DNA of 64,000 nt from Candidatus Sumerlaeia bacterium (lineage in GTDB: Bacteria; Sumerlaeota; Sumerlaeia; SLMS01; JANRJK01). The notes beneath the pieces were generated by a model. The model was not told the origin of the DNA, made no database searches, and saw only the letters and a program-made list of their open reading frames with translations. This document shows, in pieces, positions 19,839 to 30,706 of the stretch. How positions within the stretch are numbered: position 1 is the stretch's first letter; each line of letters starts with the position of its first letter. The position numbers were made by a program, and so were the translations under genes. The DNA is taken from assembly GCA_033764015.1 (NCBI GenBank), contig JANRJK010000013.1, positions 32,001 through 96,000 on the forward strand, in the 5' to 3' direction.

Positions 19839-21092
19839 ATGATACCGTCAACCAAAGATGGCGGGCAGCCGCTCTTCCGGCTGCTCGCGACGGTCCTCGC
19901 GCCGGCGCTGGCCCTCGCCGCCGCTAGTCTGGTGCTGCTTGTCCGGGCCCAGGCGGTGCCCTCGCGCGGCCTACCGGGATGGTGGCTCCTAGCCTGGGCC
20001 GCCATGGGCGGGGCGGCGGCGGCGGTGGCGGCGCTTGGCGCCCGGCTCCCCGCAGGACCGCGACACGCCTACAACATCCACCTTCTGGTGGTCGCGCCCG
20101 CGGTCCTCTGCGGCTTCCCCTTCGCCTCCGACTTCGCGGAGGTCGCCCCCGGCGTCGTCGCGCTGGCGTTCCCGATGGGCGGCGCGCTCGCGGCGTCGCT
20201 GCTCGCGGCGAGCGCCTTCCCCTCGCCGCGCGCCGCCGCGGCCGTCGCGCTCGCGGCGTACGCGCTGCTGACCATGCCATTGCGACCGCTGTCGCCGCCG
20301 GCGGCGAACACCTTCTTCGCGCTCGCCGCCGCGGGCGCCGCGTGGCTCGCGGCGCGGACCCTCGCCGCCACCGACCGCGAGGACCCCGGCCTCGAATCGC
20401 CGCCGCACGTCATCGGCGCCTGCTACGTGACCACCAACGCGGTGCTCGCCATCGTGATGCTGCCGCTGGTCTGGATGGCGATGGCGGGCCTCATCCTGCC
20501 GCAGCTCGCCGAAGCGGAGCTGATCCCCCCCGAGATGGGCGCGCTCGCCGCGCAGCCGGGCGCCGACCGGGTCTTCCGTCTCGGCGACGTCGCGGCGCGG
20601 CTTCTCGTCGCCGGGTTGGCGGCGGGCGTCGCGGCGTTCCTCGCCTCGCGCGATTGGCTTGGCAGCGGCGACCCGGTCCGCGTCGCCGCGGGTGTCTGCA
20701 TCGCCGCCTGCGGCGCCTCGCTCGGAGGGCAGACGATGAACGGGACAGGCTTCACGGTCGCGGGGTTCGCGGTCGTCCTGGTCGGAGCAGGGCTGATGAT
20801 GGCGTTCGGCGGAGGGATGCGCGGCGCGCGGGCCCCCCGCGTGGCGGCCGCCGCGATGCTCGCCTTCCTCTTGGGCGGCGACCTGCTCGAGCCATCCCGC
20901 GGCGAGCGGATCTTCACCCCGTGGGCGGCGGTCGCGTTCGGACTCGAGGCGCTGGTGGTGGCCGGAGCCCTCGGCGCGGGCTACTGGTTCGCGCTGCGCC
21001 CGCTCCGGCTCTCGCTGCCCCAGCCCGTCCCGCGCGCGAAAGCCTTCGCGCCCCAGTCGCCGCCGCCCCCCGCGCCACCGCCCCGCGCGTAG
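19839..21092 (+). CDS. Hypothetical polytopic membrane protein
   Basis: About 11-12 hydrophobic segments; start uncertain. Confidence 0.6.
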   Translation: MIPSTKDGGQPLFRLLATVLAPALALAAASLVLLVRAQAVPSRGLPGWWLLAWAAMGGAAAAVAALGARLPAGPRHAYNIHLLVVAPAVLCGFPFASDFAEVAPGVVALAFPMGGALAASLLAASAFPSPRAAAAVALAAYALLTMPLRPLSPPAANTFFALAAAGAAWLAARTLAATDREDPGLESPPHVIGACYVTTNAVLAIVMLPLVWMAMAGLILPQLAEAELIPPEMGALAAQPGADRVFRLGDVAARLLVAGLAAGVAAFLASRDWLGSGDPVRVAAGVCIAACGASLGGQTMNGTGFTVAGFAVVLVGAGLMMAFGGGMRGARAPRVAAAAMLAFLLGGDLLEPSRGERIFTPWAAVAFGLEALVVAGALGAGYWFALRPLRLSLPQPVPRAKAFAPQSPPPPAPPPRA

Positions 21093-21094
21093 CT

Positions 21095-21586
21095 TCAGCG
21101 CTTCATGTTCACATACTGGAGCGGCACCGGCAGGTTCGCCTCCTCCAGCGCCCGCATCACCGCCTGCAGGTCGTCGATGCTCTTCGACTCGACGCGGACC
21201 TGCTCTCCCTGCGTCGTCGCCTTCACCTTCAGCCCCGAGTCCTTGATGATCCCGTTCACCTTCTTGACCATTTCCTTCTCGAGGCCGTCCTGCAGCTTGC
21301 AGTTGTGGCGCACTCCGCCGAGCGACGCGTACTCGGGGGTACCCCATTCGATCGCCTTTGGCGACACCCCCTGATCGATGAAGCAGCCGCGGACGACCTC
21401 CTGCATGTGCTTCATCTTCATGTCGTCCGGCGCCTCGACCTTCAGGGTTTTCGCCTTCTTGTCCAGCTCCAGCGTGATCTTCACGCCGCGGAAGTCGAAT
21501 CGCTGCGTGATCCGCGCGGTCGCCGTGTTGACCGCGTTGTCCACAAGCTGCATGTCGAGCTTGCTGACGATGTCGAAAGTGGGCAT
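21095..21586 (-). CDS. yajQ: YajQ-family nucleotide/c-di-GMP-binding protein
   Basis: MPTFDIVS, RFDFRG, QGEQVRV...DDLQ, PLQYVN. Confidence 0.93.
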   Translation of the reverse strand: MPTFDIVSKLDMQLVDNAVNTATARITQRFDFRGVKITLELDKKAKTLKVEAPDDMKMKHMQEVVRGCFIDQGVSPKAIEWGTPEYASLGGVRHNCKLQDGLEKEMVKKVNGIIKDSGLKVKATTQGEQVRVESKSIDDLQAVMRALEEANLPVPLQYVNMKR

Positions 21587-21738
21587 GGGAAGTTCCTTTC
21601 CGTCTTTGGTAAAAATCAGGGAGAGGCCGGAAGGCGGTTGACCAATTCGCCCATGAGGCCTCCGATACCTCTGCGATCCTCCGGCGCGCCACAGCCTCAA
21701 GCACGACCATTGGACCGCACCCGCCCGCGGAGGCCACC

Positions 21739-24700
21739 ATGATTCGCATCGCCATCGGCTTGGGCGCTCTCGCCCTTGCGCTCTTGACCCAACTCGCCTC
21801 GCCTGTCCACGCCCAGCAGCGCTTTGGCGGTTCCGACGCCACCGGCGCGCCATGCAGCTACACCCTCGCGCCCACCGCGGGTTCCACGCTCGAGTTCCCC
21901 GCCGGCGCCTTCAGCCTCCCGGTAACCGTCTCCACCGCCCCCGGCTGCTTCTGGGACGCCGACACCGGCGCCTCCTGGCTCTCCGTCGCTCCGGAGACAT
22001 TCTTCGGCAGCTCCGCCGCCTTCGTCACCGCCCAGGCGAATCCCGGCGGGCCACGGTCCACCACCGTGACCATCGCCGGTGGCCAGTTCACCGCGAATCA
22101 AGCCGGCGTCCCTTGCACCTACACCGTGACACCGCCCTCCGCGGGCGAGCTGCTCGCAGGCGCTATCGGCGCGGCATTCAACTACAATGTCGCGACGCGC
22201 GCGGACTGCTTCTGGACCACGTCAGACAGCGCGGCGTGGATCACCGTTTCGCCGGAGACCGCCTACGGCCCGTCCGCGGTGAGCGTCACCGTCGCCTCCA
22301 ACCCCGGCGCCGAACGCACTGGCTCCTTCACCATCGCGGGCGCGAGCTACCAGCTCCGCCAATCCGCCGCCGACTGCACGTTCGCGGTCACACCGACCCC
22401 CGCGGGCGAGTTGCTCGCATCCGCTGGCGGCGCGTCGTTCAACTACAACGTCGCGACGCGGGCCGACTGCTTCTGGACGACCTCCGACAGCGCGGCGTGG
22501 ATCACGGTCTCTCCTGCCTCGAACACTGGGCCATCTGCTGTGTCGGTCAGCATCGATTCGAACAGCGGCGCCGAACGCACAGGCTCCTTCACCATCGCGG
22601 GGGCGAGCTACCAAGTCCGCCAGTCCGCCCCCGACTGCACGTACACTGTGACCCCGCCCTCCGCGGGCGAGCTGCTCGCCGCCGCGACCGGCGCCTCGCT
22701 AAACTACAACGTCGCGACGCGCGCCGACTGCTTCTGGACGACCTCCGACAGCGCGTCGTGGATCACGGTCTCTCCCGAGACCGCCTACGGCCCCTCCGCG
22801 GTGAGCGTCACCGTCGCCTCCAACTCCGGCGCCGAACGCACCGGCTCCTTCACCATCGCGGGCGCAAGCTACCAAGTCCGCCAGTCCGCCGCCGACTGCA
22901 CCTACTTGCTCAACCCGCCCACCGCGCTGGAGTTGTTCTTCACCCCGGCTGGCGGCGACGTTTCCGTCGAGGTGTTGACAGGAGAAGACTGTCCGTGGGG
23001 AACCGAGAGCGCTCTCGGTTGGATCACGATCTCCCCCGAAACCTCCTACGGCCCCGGCACGGCGACGGTCACCGCTTCACCCAACCCCGGCGGCGATCGA
23101 ACAGGTACTGTCCGCATCGCGGGTTCGACCTTTAACGTGCGTCAGCTCGGGGGCCCTTGCTCCTACACCGTGACGCCACCGCCGTCTGGCGAATTGCTCG
23201 CAGCTGCCGGCGGTGCCTCGTTCAACTACAACGTCGCGACGCGCGCCGACTGCTTCTGGACCACCTCCGACAGCGCGTCGTGGATCACGGTCTCGCCTGA
23301 GACGGCCTACGGCCCCTCCGCGGTGAGCGTCGCAGTCGCCTCCAACTCCGGCGCCGAACGCACCGGCTCCTTCACCATCGCGGGCGCAAGCTACCAAGTC
23401 CGCCAGTCCGCTGCGAACTGCTCCTACACCGTGACGCCGCCCCCCGCGGGCGAGCTACTCGCGGGCGCTACCGGTGCCTCGTTCAACTACAACGTCGCGA
23501 CGCGGGCCGACTGCTTCTGGACGACCTCGGACAGCGCGGCGTGGATCACGGTTTCTCCCGAGACCGCCTACGGTCCCTCCGCGGTCAGCGTCACCGTCGC
23601 CTCCAACTCCGGCGCCGAGCGCACCGGCTCCTTCACCATCGCGGGCGCGAGCTACCAGCTTCGCCAGTCCGCCGCCGACTGCACGTTCGCGGTCACACCG
23701 CCCCCCGCGGGCGAGCTGCTCGCAGGCGCTACCGGCGCGGCGTTCAACTACAACGTCGCGACGCGCGCGGACTGCTTCTGGACGACCTCCGACAGCGCGT
23801 CGTGGATCACGGTCTCGCCCGAGACGGCATACGGTCCCTCCGCGGTGAGCGTCGCCGTCGCCTCCAACTCCGGCGCCGAACGCACTGGCTCCTTCACCAT
23901 CGCGGGCGCAAGCTACCAGCTTCGACAACTGGCGGCGCCGTGCTCCTACGTGTTGAATCCGCCCCCGTCACTCGAGCTGTTCTTCACGCAGGCCGGCGGC
24001 AGCGTGCCTGTTTCGGTTTCGACTCGCGCGGATTGCCCGTGGGGGACGGAGAGCGCCTTCGATTGGATCGTCGCGGCGCCGGAGACGGCCTACGGCCCCG
24101 GCACAGCGACCGTCACGGCGCCCGCCAACACCGGAGGCGAGCGCACCGGCACGGTCCGCATCGCCGGCGCCACCTTCAATGTGCGCCAGCTCGGCGCCCC
24201 ATGCGCTTTCGAGGTCCTCCCGCCCCCGGGCCGGATCGTCCGTTTCTCACCGGGTGGCGGCTCCAAGGCGTTCACCGTCGTGACGCGCGGGGATTGCGAG
24301 TGGGGTTCCTTCGCAAACGTGGATTGGCTGACGTTCGAGGCGGAGACGCGCTACGGTCCCGGCATGGTCACGGTGACCGCCAGTCGCAATAGCTCGATCA
24401 CGCGCAACGGCCGATTCACCATCGCGGGCAAGACCTACGACGCGTCGCAGTCTGGCAACCTCTGTTCCTACGAAGTGACACCGCCCCCGCCGGGCAGCAT
24501 GTCGGAGTTCGACCTCGTGGCCTACATCGGGGAGTCGCGGGAGTACTATGTGGACACGCGCGACCTCTGCGACTGGACCGCGACCAGCGACTCTGCTTGG
24601 ATCTCCGTTCGCGCCGAGACGAACTACGGACCAGGCGCTGTGAAGGTCCGCATCGACCGCAACACGGGGACGCGCCGGCAGGGTACCTTCACGATCGCCG

Positions 24701-26580
24701 GCGTGCCATATCCGGTGACGCAGGCCTCTCTGCTCTGCCGCAACACGGTGACACCACTTTCGGTGCCCCAGTTCCCCGCCGCCGGTGGCTCTTCGCTGGT
24801 GACCGTCTCGCCTTCCTCGACCGAGTGCGTTTGGACCGTCGAGAACCTTCCGGCATGGCTCGCCGCGGCCCCGCTCTCTGGACAGGGCAACGGGACCGTG
24901 ACGCTCTCCGCTTCCGCGAACGCCACCTACATCCGCACCGCCACGATCCGGATCGCCGGGCGCAACGTGACGGTCAGCCAGCGCTTCGCCGGATCCGATC
25001 CGTTCGAACCCAACAACGATCCGGCGCAGGGTGGCGCGGCCCCGCCGCTCCCGTCCGGGCCGAACGTTCCGGTGCTGATGACCGCGGACGATGACTGGTA
25101 TCGACTGGTTCTGCCCGCGTGCTCCGCGTTCCGCGTCACGGTCACCCACGATCCGTCGCTCGGCGACATCAACGCGCAACTCTTCGACTCGCGCTGCACC
25201 GATGGCGGGGGCTTCCCGCTCTCGCTGGCGGGCAGCTTCCGCCCCGGCGGCTTCGACGAGCTCGTCTACACCGACCGCAGCGGGGGCGCCTCCGGCGAGT
25301 ACTTCCTGCGCTGCTACTCCGAAGGTCCCGTCACCAGCCTGCCCTACAACATCAGGGTCCAGCCGCTCGGCATCGACGACGTCTTCGAGCCGAACAACGC
25401 GCCTTGCGAGGTCTCCTCGATCTCCCTCGGTACGCGCTACACCGACCTGATCCTCAAGGACGACGACATCTTCCGGGTGCCGACGCTGGGCGCGGGGAGG
25501 ATCGATGTCGAGGTGGCCGCCCCAAGCGGCTCCGGCCAACTCTACTTCCAGATCCTTCGCGACGACGGAAGCTGCTCCTACGACGCGATCAGCGGGTTCT
25601 ACGATCCGAACATCGACACCATGCGGATCGAGGGCGTTGATGTGGCCGGGCTCGCGAGCGTCCTCGTCCGCGTCTATCCCGCCGCGACGCAGAACAGCAA
25701 CGTGTACAGCCTCCTCGTCGCGCCGTCCGCCTCGCCGGTGGCGCAGGCGGAGGAAAGCGCCACGACCGACTTCATCCTGAGCGACGACCCGTTCCTGCTC
25801 TGGCGCGACCTGCCCCGGGGCGCCGCGCGCGGAAGCGACGATGCATTCGAGCCGAACAACAACCCGCTCGAGGCCGCCAGCGTTCCGATCGTGCCCTTCG
25901 GTCCGACGCCGAACCTAGTCCTCGCCAATGAGGACTGGTACCGCATCGCGCTGTCCGACTGCGGAGCGCTCCGCATCGACGCGGACTTCAATCCCGCGGA
26001 GGGCAACCTGCGGATCCAGCTCCTCGAAACCCGCTGCACGTCGACCGGTGGCTTCCCGCTCTTCGTCGCGCAGGGTTCCAGCACCGCCGGGCGCGAGTCC
26101 GTCGCGTTCGTCGACCGCTTCGGCTCCGCCGGGTCCGTGCTGCTGCGCGTCTATTCCGACGCCGGCTACACCGGCCAGCGCTACACCCTCACGCTGACCA
26201 ACCTCGGGATCGACGACGCCTTCGAGCCCAACTCCTCCCCGTGCGCGCCGGGGCTCTTCGCCACCGGCGCCTTCGGCACCGCCTCCGCAACGGACCTCGT
26301 CCTCAAGGACGACGACGTGTACCGGATCGGCACCGCGGCGTACTCGGCGCTTCGCATCGAGGTGGAGCACAACCCGCAGAGCGGCCAGCTCTACTTCATG
26401 GTGCTCGAGGACGCCTGCGCGTTCAACGTGATCACCGGCTTCTACACGCCGAACACCGGCGCGATGGTGATCGACAACCTGCCGCTCGCGGGGCGCTCCA
26501 GCGTCCTCGTCCGGGTCTACGGGACCGGCGGCGCGACGAACGTCTACAATCTCCGGGTGACCGGCATCACGGCGCCGTAG
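21739..26580 (+). CDS. Large secreted protein: 12 BACON-like Ig repeats plus 4 PPC-like domains
   Basis: GGAGG RBS; signal peptide ending VHA; 87-aa repeats with C..W...W.TVSP...N.GAERTG.FTIAG...Q; four DxFEPN-led domains. Confidence 0.88.
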   Translation: MIRIAIGLGALALALLTQLASPVHAQQRFGGSDATGAPCSYTLAPTAGSTLEFPAGAFSLPVTVSTAPGCFWDADTGASWLSVAPETFFGSSAAFVTAQANPGGPRSTTVTIAGGQFTANQAGVPCTYTVTPPSAGELLAGAIGAAFNYNVATRADCFWTTSDSAAWITVSPETAYGPSAVSVTVASNPGAERTGSFTIAGASYQLRQSAADCTFAVTPTPAGELLASAGGASFNYNVATRADCFWTTSDSAAWITVSPASNTGPSAVSVSIDSNSGAERTGSFTIAGASYQVRQSAPDCTYTVTPPSAGELLAAATGASLNYNVATRADCFWTTSDSASWITVSPETAYGPSAVSVTVASNSGAERTGSFTIAGASYQVRQSAADCTYLLNPPTALELFFTPAGGDVSVEVLTGEDCPWGTESALGWITISPETSYGPGTATVTASPNPGGDRTGTVRIAGSTFNVRQLGGPCSYTVTPPPSGELLAAAGGASFNYNVATRADCFWTTSDSASWITVSPETAYGPSAVSVAVASNSGAERTGSFTIAGASYQVRQSAANCSYTVTPPPAGELLAGATGASFNYNVATRADCFWTTSDSAAWITVSPETAYGPSAVSVTVASNSGAERTGSFTIAGASYQLRQSAADCTFAVTPPPAGELLAGATGAAFNYNVATRADCFWTTSDSASWITVSPETAYGPSAVSVAVASNSGAERTGSFTIAGASYQLRQLAAPCSYVLNPPPSLELFFTQAGGSVPVSVSTRADCPWGTESAFDWIVAAPETAYGPGTATVTAPANTGGERTGTVRIAGATFNVRQLGAPCAFEVLPPPGRIVRFSPGGGSKAFTVVTRGDCEWGSFANVDWLTFEAETRYGPGMVTVTASRNSSITRNGRFTIAGKTYDASQSGNLCSYEVTPPPPGSMSEFDLVAYIGESREYYVDTRDLCDWTATSDSAWISVRAETNYGPGAVKVRIDRNTGTRRQGTFTIAGVPYPVTQASLLCRNTVTPLSVPQFPAAGGSSLVTVSPSSTECVWTVENLPAWLAAAPLSGQGNGTVTLSASANATYIRTATIRIAGRNVTVSQRFAGSDPFEPNNDPAQGGAAPPLPSGPNVPVLMTADDDWYRLVLPACSAFRVTVTHDPSLGDINAQLFDSRCTDGGGFPLSLAGSFRPGGFDELVYTDRSGGASGEYFLRCYSEGPVTSLPYNIRVQPLGIDDVFEPNNAPCEVSSISLGTRYTDLILKDDDIFRVPTLGAGRIDVEVAAPSGSGQLYFQILRDDGSCSYDAISGFYDPNIDTMRIEGVDVAGLASVLVRVYPAATQNSNVYSLLVAPSASPVAQAEESATTDFILSDDPFLLWRDLPRGAARGSDDAFEPNNNPLEAASVPIVPFGPTPNLVLANEDWYRIALSDCGALRIDADFNPAEGNLRIQLLETRCTSTGGFPLFVAQGSSTAGRESVAFVDRFGSAGSVLLRVYSDAGYTGQRYTLTLTNLGIDDAFEPNSSPCAPGLFATGAFGTASATDLVLKDDDVYRIGTAAYSALRIEVEHNPQSGQLYFMVLEDACAFNVITGFYTPNTGAMVIDNLPLAGRSSVLVRVYGTGGATNVYNLRVTGITAP
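21853..24981 (+). repeat. Intragenic tandem array of 12 units with 261-bp period
   Basis: Unit-initial Cys codons at 21853, 22114, 22375, 22636, 22897, 23158, 23419, 23680, 23941, 24202, 24463, then 24736 (unit 11 is 12 bp longer). Confidence 0.92.
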
Positions 26581-26666
26581 CACCAGTTCGGCTTCACCTC
26601 GACACGCCCCGGACCGCCTCCCCAATATGGGGAGGCGGTTCCATTTTCCACCTTGGAGGCGCGGCG

Positions 26667-27380
26667 ATGGATGACACAACGCGGGAGCCACTCGACCGGG
26701 CCGCGGTTGCCAATCTCGCCGCGGTGAGGACGCGTATCGCCGCGGCGTGCGCCCGCTCCCGTCGGGATCCCGCCTCGGTGCGCCTGATCGCCGTGGTGAA
26801 GCAGCGGCCCTTGGAACAGGTCCGCGCGCTCATCCGCGCGGGAGCGCTGGAGCTCGCCGAGAACCGCCCCCTCGACGCCCGCGACCGCGTGCCCCAGCTA
26901 CCCGCCGGCCCGCTCTGGCACATGATCGGCCGCCTGCAGACGAACAAGAGCAAGTACCTGCCGCCGATCTTCGAGTGGGTCCACTCCATCGACCGGCACG
27001 AGTTGGCCGACGGCGTGTCGGACGCCTACTGGAAGGCGGGCAAGCGCGCGCTCGGATGCCTGCAGATCAATGTCAGCGGCGAAGAGGTGAAGGCCGGCGT
27101 CGGGCCGGAGGATGCGGAGGACTTCGTGCGCCATTGCCTCGCGCTGCCGGGACTCGACGTGCGTGGCCTGATGACCATGGCGCCGCTCGAGGCGGAGCCG
27201 GAGGCCACCCGCCCCGTCTTCCGCGCGCTGCGCGCGTTGCGCCACCAGCTCGAGGCGGAGGTCGGCCATCCGCTGCCGGAACTCTCCATGGGCATGTCGA
27301 ACGACTTCGAGGTGGCGGTGGAGGAGGGCGCGACGATGGCGCGCGTGGGGAGCGCGCTCTTCGCGGGGATGCCGGAATAG
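26667..27380 (+). CDS. yggS: YggS/PLPBP pyridoxal phosphate homeostasis protein
   Basis: [41 protein letters not shown]. Confidence 0.93.
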   Translation: MDDTTREPLDRAAVANLAAVRTRIAAACARSRRDPASVRLIAVVKQRPLEQVRALIRAGALELAENRPLDARDRVPQLPAGPLWHMIGRLQTNKSKYLPPIFEWVHSIDRHELADGVSDAYWKAGKRALGCLQINVSGEEVKAGVGPEDAEDFVRHCLALPGLDVRGLMTMAPLEAEPEATRPVFRALRALRHQLEAEVGHPLPELSMGMSNDFEVAVEEGATMARVGSALFAGMPE

Positions 27381-27383
27381 GAA

Positions 27384-27416
27384 ACGGGCCGGCGGGGTAG
27401 CGCCCCGCCGGCCCGT
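27384..27416. terminator. Hairpin between convergent yggS and rpmA
   Basis: acgggccggcgggg-tagcg-ccccgccggcccgt, 14-bp stem. Confidence 0.65.
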
Positions 27417-27444
27417 GGAAGCCGCGCCACCGCTCGCCGGCCGC

Positions 27445-27720
27445 TTAGTTGGAAGCGGGCTCCGGCGTGGCGGGGACGATGTGGACGTACTTGCGGCCGG
27501 TGCCCTTGCGGATGAAGCGCACCACGCCGTCGATCTTCGCGAACAGCGTGAAGTCGCGCCCCTGGCCGACGTTCTTGCCTGGCCACCACTTGTTGCCGCA
27601 CTGGCGGACGATGATGGAGCCGCCGGGAACGAGCTTGCCGTCCGGCTCCTTCGCGCCGCGGCGCTGTGAATTCGAGTCGCGGCCGTTCTTGGTCGAGCCT
27701 ACGCCCTTCTTGTGTGCCAT
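27445..27720 (-). CDS. rpmA: 50S ribosomal protein L27
   Basis: [29 protein letters not shown]. Confidence 0.98.
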   Translation of the reverse strand: MAHKKGVGSTKNGRDSNSQRRGAKEPDGKLVPGGSIIVRQCGNKWWPGKNVGQGRDFTLFAKIDGVVRFIRKGTGRKYVHIVPATPEPASN

Positions 27721-27754
27721 GGGAGGATCCTCTCGTCTGGTTTCTGGGAGGGAA

Positions 27755-28084
27755 TCAGGCGAGAGCCTGACCGTTGAGGGTGACGCCGGAGACCTTCAGC
27801 TCGGTGAAGTCCTGCCGGTGCCCGCGGCGCTTCTCGTAGCCCTTGCGGCGCTTGTAGGTGAACACGCGGATCTTCGTTCCGCGGTCGTGGCGCAGCACCT
27901 GCGCCTCCACGGCGGCGCCCGCGACGAGCGGAGCGCCGAGCTGCAGGCCCGAGCCGTTGCTCAAAGCGAGCACCTCTTCCAACGTGATCGTCGATCCGGC
28001 CTCCGCTTCGAGGAGCGGAACCTGGATCCGGTCGCCCGGGGCGACCTTGTACTGCGAGTCTTTGATGCGAACCACTGCGTACAT
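27755..28084 (-). CDS. rplU: 50S ribosomal protein L21
   Basis: MYAVV...[19 protein letters not shown]. Confidence 0.97.
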   Translation of the reverse strand: MYAVVRIKDSQYKVAPGDRIQVPLLEAEAGSTITLEEVLALSNGSGLQLGAPLVAGAAVEAQVLRHDRGTKIRVFTYKRRKGYEKRRGHRQDFTELKVSGVTLNGQALA

Positions 28085-28173
28085 GGCGGCTTGTCGTCTT
28101 TCTGCGGAATAGCGCGCGGACTGGCCGCGCGGGGCGCGGAGGCGGCCATGGTGCCTCCTACGCGAAGCGGGGA

Positions 28174-28202
28174 AGTGTCGCGGACGGTTCCCCCCGTGTC
28201 AA
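28174..28202 (-). promoter_or_regulatory. Putative sigma70 promoter of rplU-rpmA
   Basis: Minus strand TTGACA-N17-GACACT, about 90 bp upstream of rplU. Confidence 0.5.
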
Positions 28203-28220
28203 GCGCCGGAGGTTGCCGCT

Positions 28221-29666
28221 TCAGATACCCAGCTTAGACTTCAAGAGCGGCTGCACCTGCGCCGGGTTCGCCTTACCCTTGGTCCGCTTCATGATCTCGC
28301 CCACCAGGAACCCCATCGCCTTCATCTTGCCCGCCTTGATCTCCTCCACCGGCCCGGGGTTGGTCGCCAGCACCTCGTCGATGACCGGGCCCAGCGAGCC
28401 CTCGTCCAGCGGCTTCAGCCCCTTCTTCTCGACGATCGCCGAGGGCATCTCCCCGGTTTCGAGCATGTCCTTCACGACCTGCTTGCCGATCTTGCCGGTG
28501 ATCTCCTCCCGGTCGATCATGCGCACCAGCTCCGCCACGGCGGCGGGGGTGACCTTCAGGTCGGTGACGCGCGCGTCCTCGCCCCCCGTCTCGTTCAGCG
28601 CCCGCAGCAGCTCCGACGTGATCCAGTTCGCCAGGCCCTTCGCGTTGTCGTGCAGCGCGAGCGCCGCCTCGTAGTACTCCGCTGTTTCGCGGCGCGCCGT
28701 CAGCAGCCCGGCGTCGTAGTCGCTGAGCCCGAGCGCCTGCATGAAGCGCCGCTTCCGCGCGAGCGGCAGCTCCGGCAGCGTCGCTGCAACCGCGCTCTTG
28801 CGCTCCGCGGCGATGTGCCATTCGACCAGGTCCGGCTCGGGGAAGTAGCGGTAGTCGGACGAGCCCTCCTTGCGCCGCATCGAGCGCGTGATGCCCTCCG
28901 CCTCGTCCCAAAGGCGCGTCTCCTGCCAAAGCTCGTCGCCGTTCTCGAGCGCGCGGGTCTGCCGCTCGAACTCGTGGTCGATGGCCTTCAGGACGACGGA
29001 AACCGAGTTGAGGTTCTTGATCTCGACCTTGGTGCCGAGCTTCTCGTCGCCGGCGCGGCGGACGGAGATGTTCAGCTCGAAGCGCAGGCGGCCCTCCTGC
29101 ATCTTCGCCTCGGAGATTTCGAGGTACTCGAGGAACAGGCGCATGCCCTGCATGAAGGCGAGCGCTTCGTCCTTCGAGCGCATGTCGGGCGCGGAGACGA
29201 TCTCGAGCAGCGGCGTGCCGGCGCGGTTCAGGTCGACCAGCGTGTAGTCGACGTCGCTGTCCTCCGGATGGATGTTCTTCCCGGCGTCCTCCTCGAGGTG
29301 GATGTCGAGGATGCCGATGCGCTTGGTGCGGCCCTCGCCTAGGTCGATGTCGAAGTGGCCGTCGCGCCCGAGGTGGCGGTGGTGCTGGCTGATCTGGTAG
29401 TTCTTGGGCAGGTCGGGGTAGTAGTAGTTCTTGCGGTCGAAGGCGCAGGCGTCCGGGATGCGGCACTGGAGGGCGAGGGCGCACTTGAGCGCCAGCTCCG
29501 CGGCGGCCTCGTTGAGCACCGGCAGCGTGCCGGGCATGCCGAGGCAAACGGGGCAGGTCTGCGAATTGGGCGGGGCGCCGAACTCGGTCGAGCAGCCGCA
29601 GAAGTTTTTCGTGAGGGTCTTGAGCTCCGTGTGGACCTCGAAGCCGATGACCATTTCCCAGGACAT
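28221..29666 (-). CDS. gatB: Asp/Glu-tRNA amidotransferase subunit B
   Basis: [48 protein letters not shown]. Confidence 0.98.
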   Translation of the reverse strand: MSWEMVIGFEVHTELKTLTKNFCGCSTEFGAPPNSQTCPVCLGMPGTLPVLNEAAAELALKCALALQCRIPDACAFDRKNYYYPDLPKNYQISQHHRHLGRDGHFDIDLGEGRTKRIGILDIHLEEDAGKNIHPEDSDVDYTLVDLNRAGTPLLEIVSAPDMRSKDEALAFMQGMRLFLEYLEISEAKMQEGRLRFELNISVRRAGDEKLGTKVEIKNLNSVSVVLKAIDHEFERQTRALENGDELWQETRLWDEAEGITRSMRRKEGSSDYRYFPEPDLVEWHIAAERKSAVAATLPELPLARKRRFMQALGLSDYDAGLLTARRETAEYYEAALALHDNAKGLANWITSELLRALNETGGEDARVTDLKVTPAAVAELVRMIDREEITGKIGKQVVKDMLETGEMPSAIVEKKGLKPLDEGSLGPVIDEVLATNPGPVEEIKAGKMKAMGFLVGEIMKRTKGKANPAQVQPLLKSKLGI

Positions 29667-29863
29667 GCCGCGTCTCCTTCGGGGCCGCTCGCGGCGGCCA
29701 TGGCGCTACTGGGGGAGCGGACGCCGCGCGGGTCAACGGCGGGGTGGCGCGGCAAACCCCCGGGGGGGGCGTCCGCGTCGTATCCAACGGGCGACGCGCT
29801 TGACGCACCGCCCCCCGCGCCCCGCAATACACCGCCATGACCCCAACCCTCCGGAACGCCTCC

Positions 29864-30706
29864 ATGAACACAACCGCGACCACACTCCGCGCCGCCCTCG
29901 CCGCCGCCGCTCTCGCCGTGATCGGGAGCTGCGCCACCGTCGCCTCCGTCGAACGCCTCGCGGCCGATACGCTGATACCCGCCACGCAGGAGCGCGCCAT
30001 GGGCGAGCAGTACGCCACCCAGATCGAGGGCGAGACGCAGCTCTACGGCGACCCGGAGGTGGACGCCTACCTCAACGATCTTGGCCAGCGCCTCGTGCGC
30101 ACCTCGCCCCAGTCGCCCTTCGCCTTCTCGTTCAAGGCGGTGTCCGACCCGTCGCTCAACGCGTTCGCGCTGCCAGGGGGCTTCTGCTACGTCCACACGG
30201 GCCTGATCGCCGCGGCGGACAGCGAGGCGGAACTGGCCGCCGTCATGGGGCACGAGGTGAACCACGTCACACGCCGCCACGGCATGCGGAACCTCGTTCG
30301 CATGTACGGCATCGAGCAGGTCACCGCGAAGCTCGGCGGCGCGACCGCGGAGGGCGTCGCCGCCGTCGTCCAGCAGACCGGCGGCGCGATCACCGTGCGA
30401 AGCTTCGGCCGCGAGGACGAGCGCGAGGCGGACCGCTACGGCGTCCAGGCGATGTACGACGCGGGCTACGACCCGCAGGGCGCGGTTACGTTCTTCGAAA
30501 AGCTCAAGGCGGCCTCCGGCGGAGCGCGGGATGCCGGACTGCTCGGCCGCATCCTCTCGACCCACCCCGCCACCGACGAGCGCATCGCCAACATCAAGGC
30601 CCAGATCCAGACGCTCCCCGCCCGCTCCGACGCGCAGAAGGACAGCGAGGAGTTCCAACGCATCCGCGCCCGCGTTCGCGAGTCCATGGGCTGGGGCGGC
30701 GCGTGA
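29864..30706 (+). CDS. M48 zinc metallopeptidase, lipoprotein
   Basis: IGS-C lipobox; [22 protein letters not shown]. Confidence 0.92.
   Translation: MNTTATTLRAALAAAALAVIGSCATVASVERLAADTLIPATQERAMGEQYATQIEGETQLYGDPEVDAYLNDLGQRLVRTSPQSPFAFSFKAVSDPSLNAFALPGGFCYVHTGLIAAADSEAELAAVMGHEVNHVTRRHGMRNLVRMYGIEQVTAKLGGATAEGVAAVVQQTGGAITVRSFGREDEREADRYGVQAMYDAGYDPQGAVTFFEKLKAASGGARDAGLLGRILSTHPATDERIANIKAQIQTLPARSDAQKDSEEFQRIRARVRESMGWGGA

Noticed and set aside
16531..19851. A 1106-aa transglutaminase fusion, and similar extended ORFs (20-2803, 3604-5961, 29431-31725)
   Set aside because: The extensions are off-frame shadows of upstream genes; the real starts sit at stop/start overlaps or after an RBS.
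21853..24981. CRISPR array or mobile repeat
   Set aside because: The period is 261 bp, in frame, with synonymous variation and no spacers or cas genes, so it is a protein domain repeat.
27445..28084. Prp-dependent L27 processing system
   Set aside because: L27 begins MAHKK without an N-terminal extension and there is no gene between rplU and rpmA.
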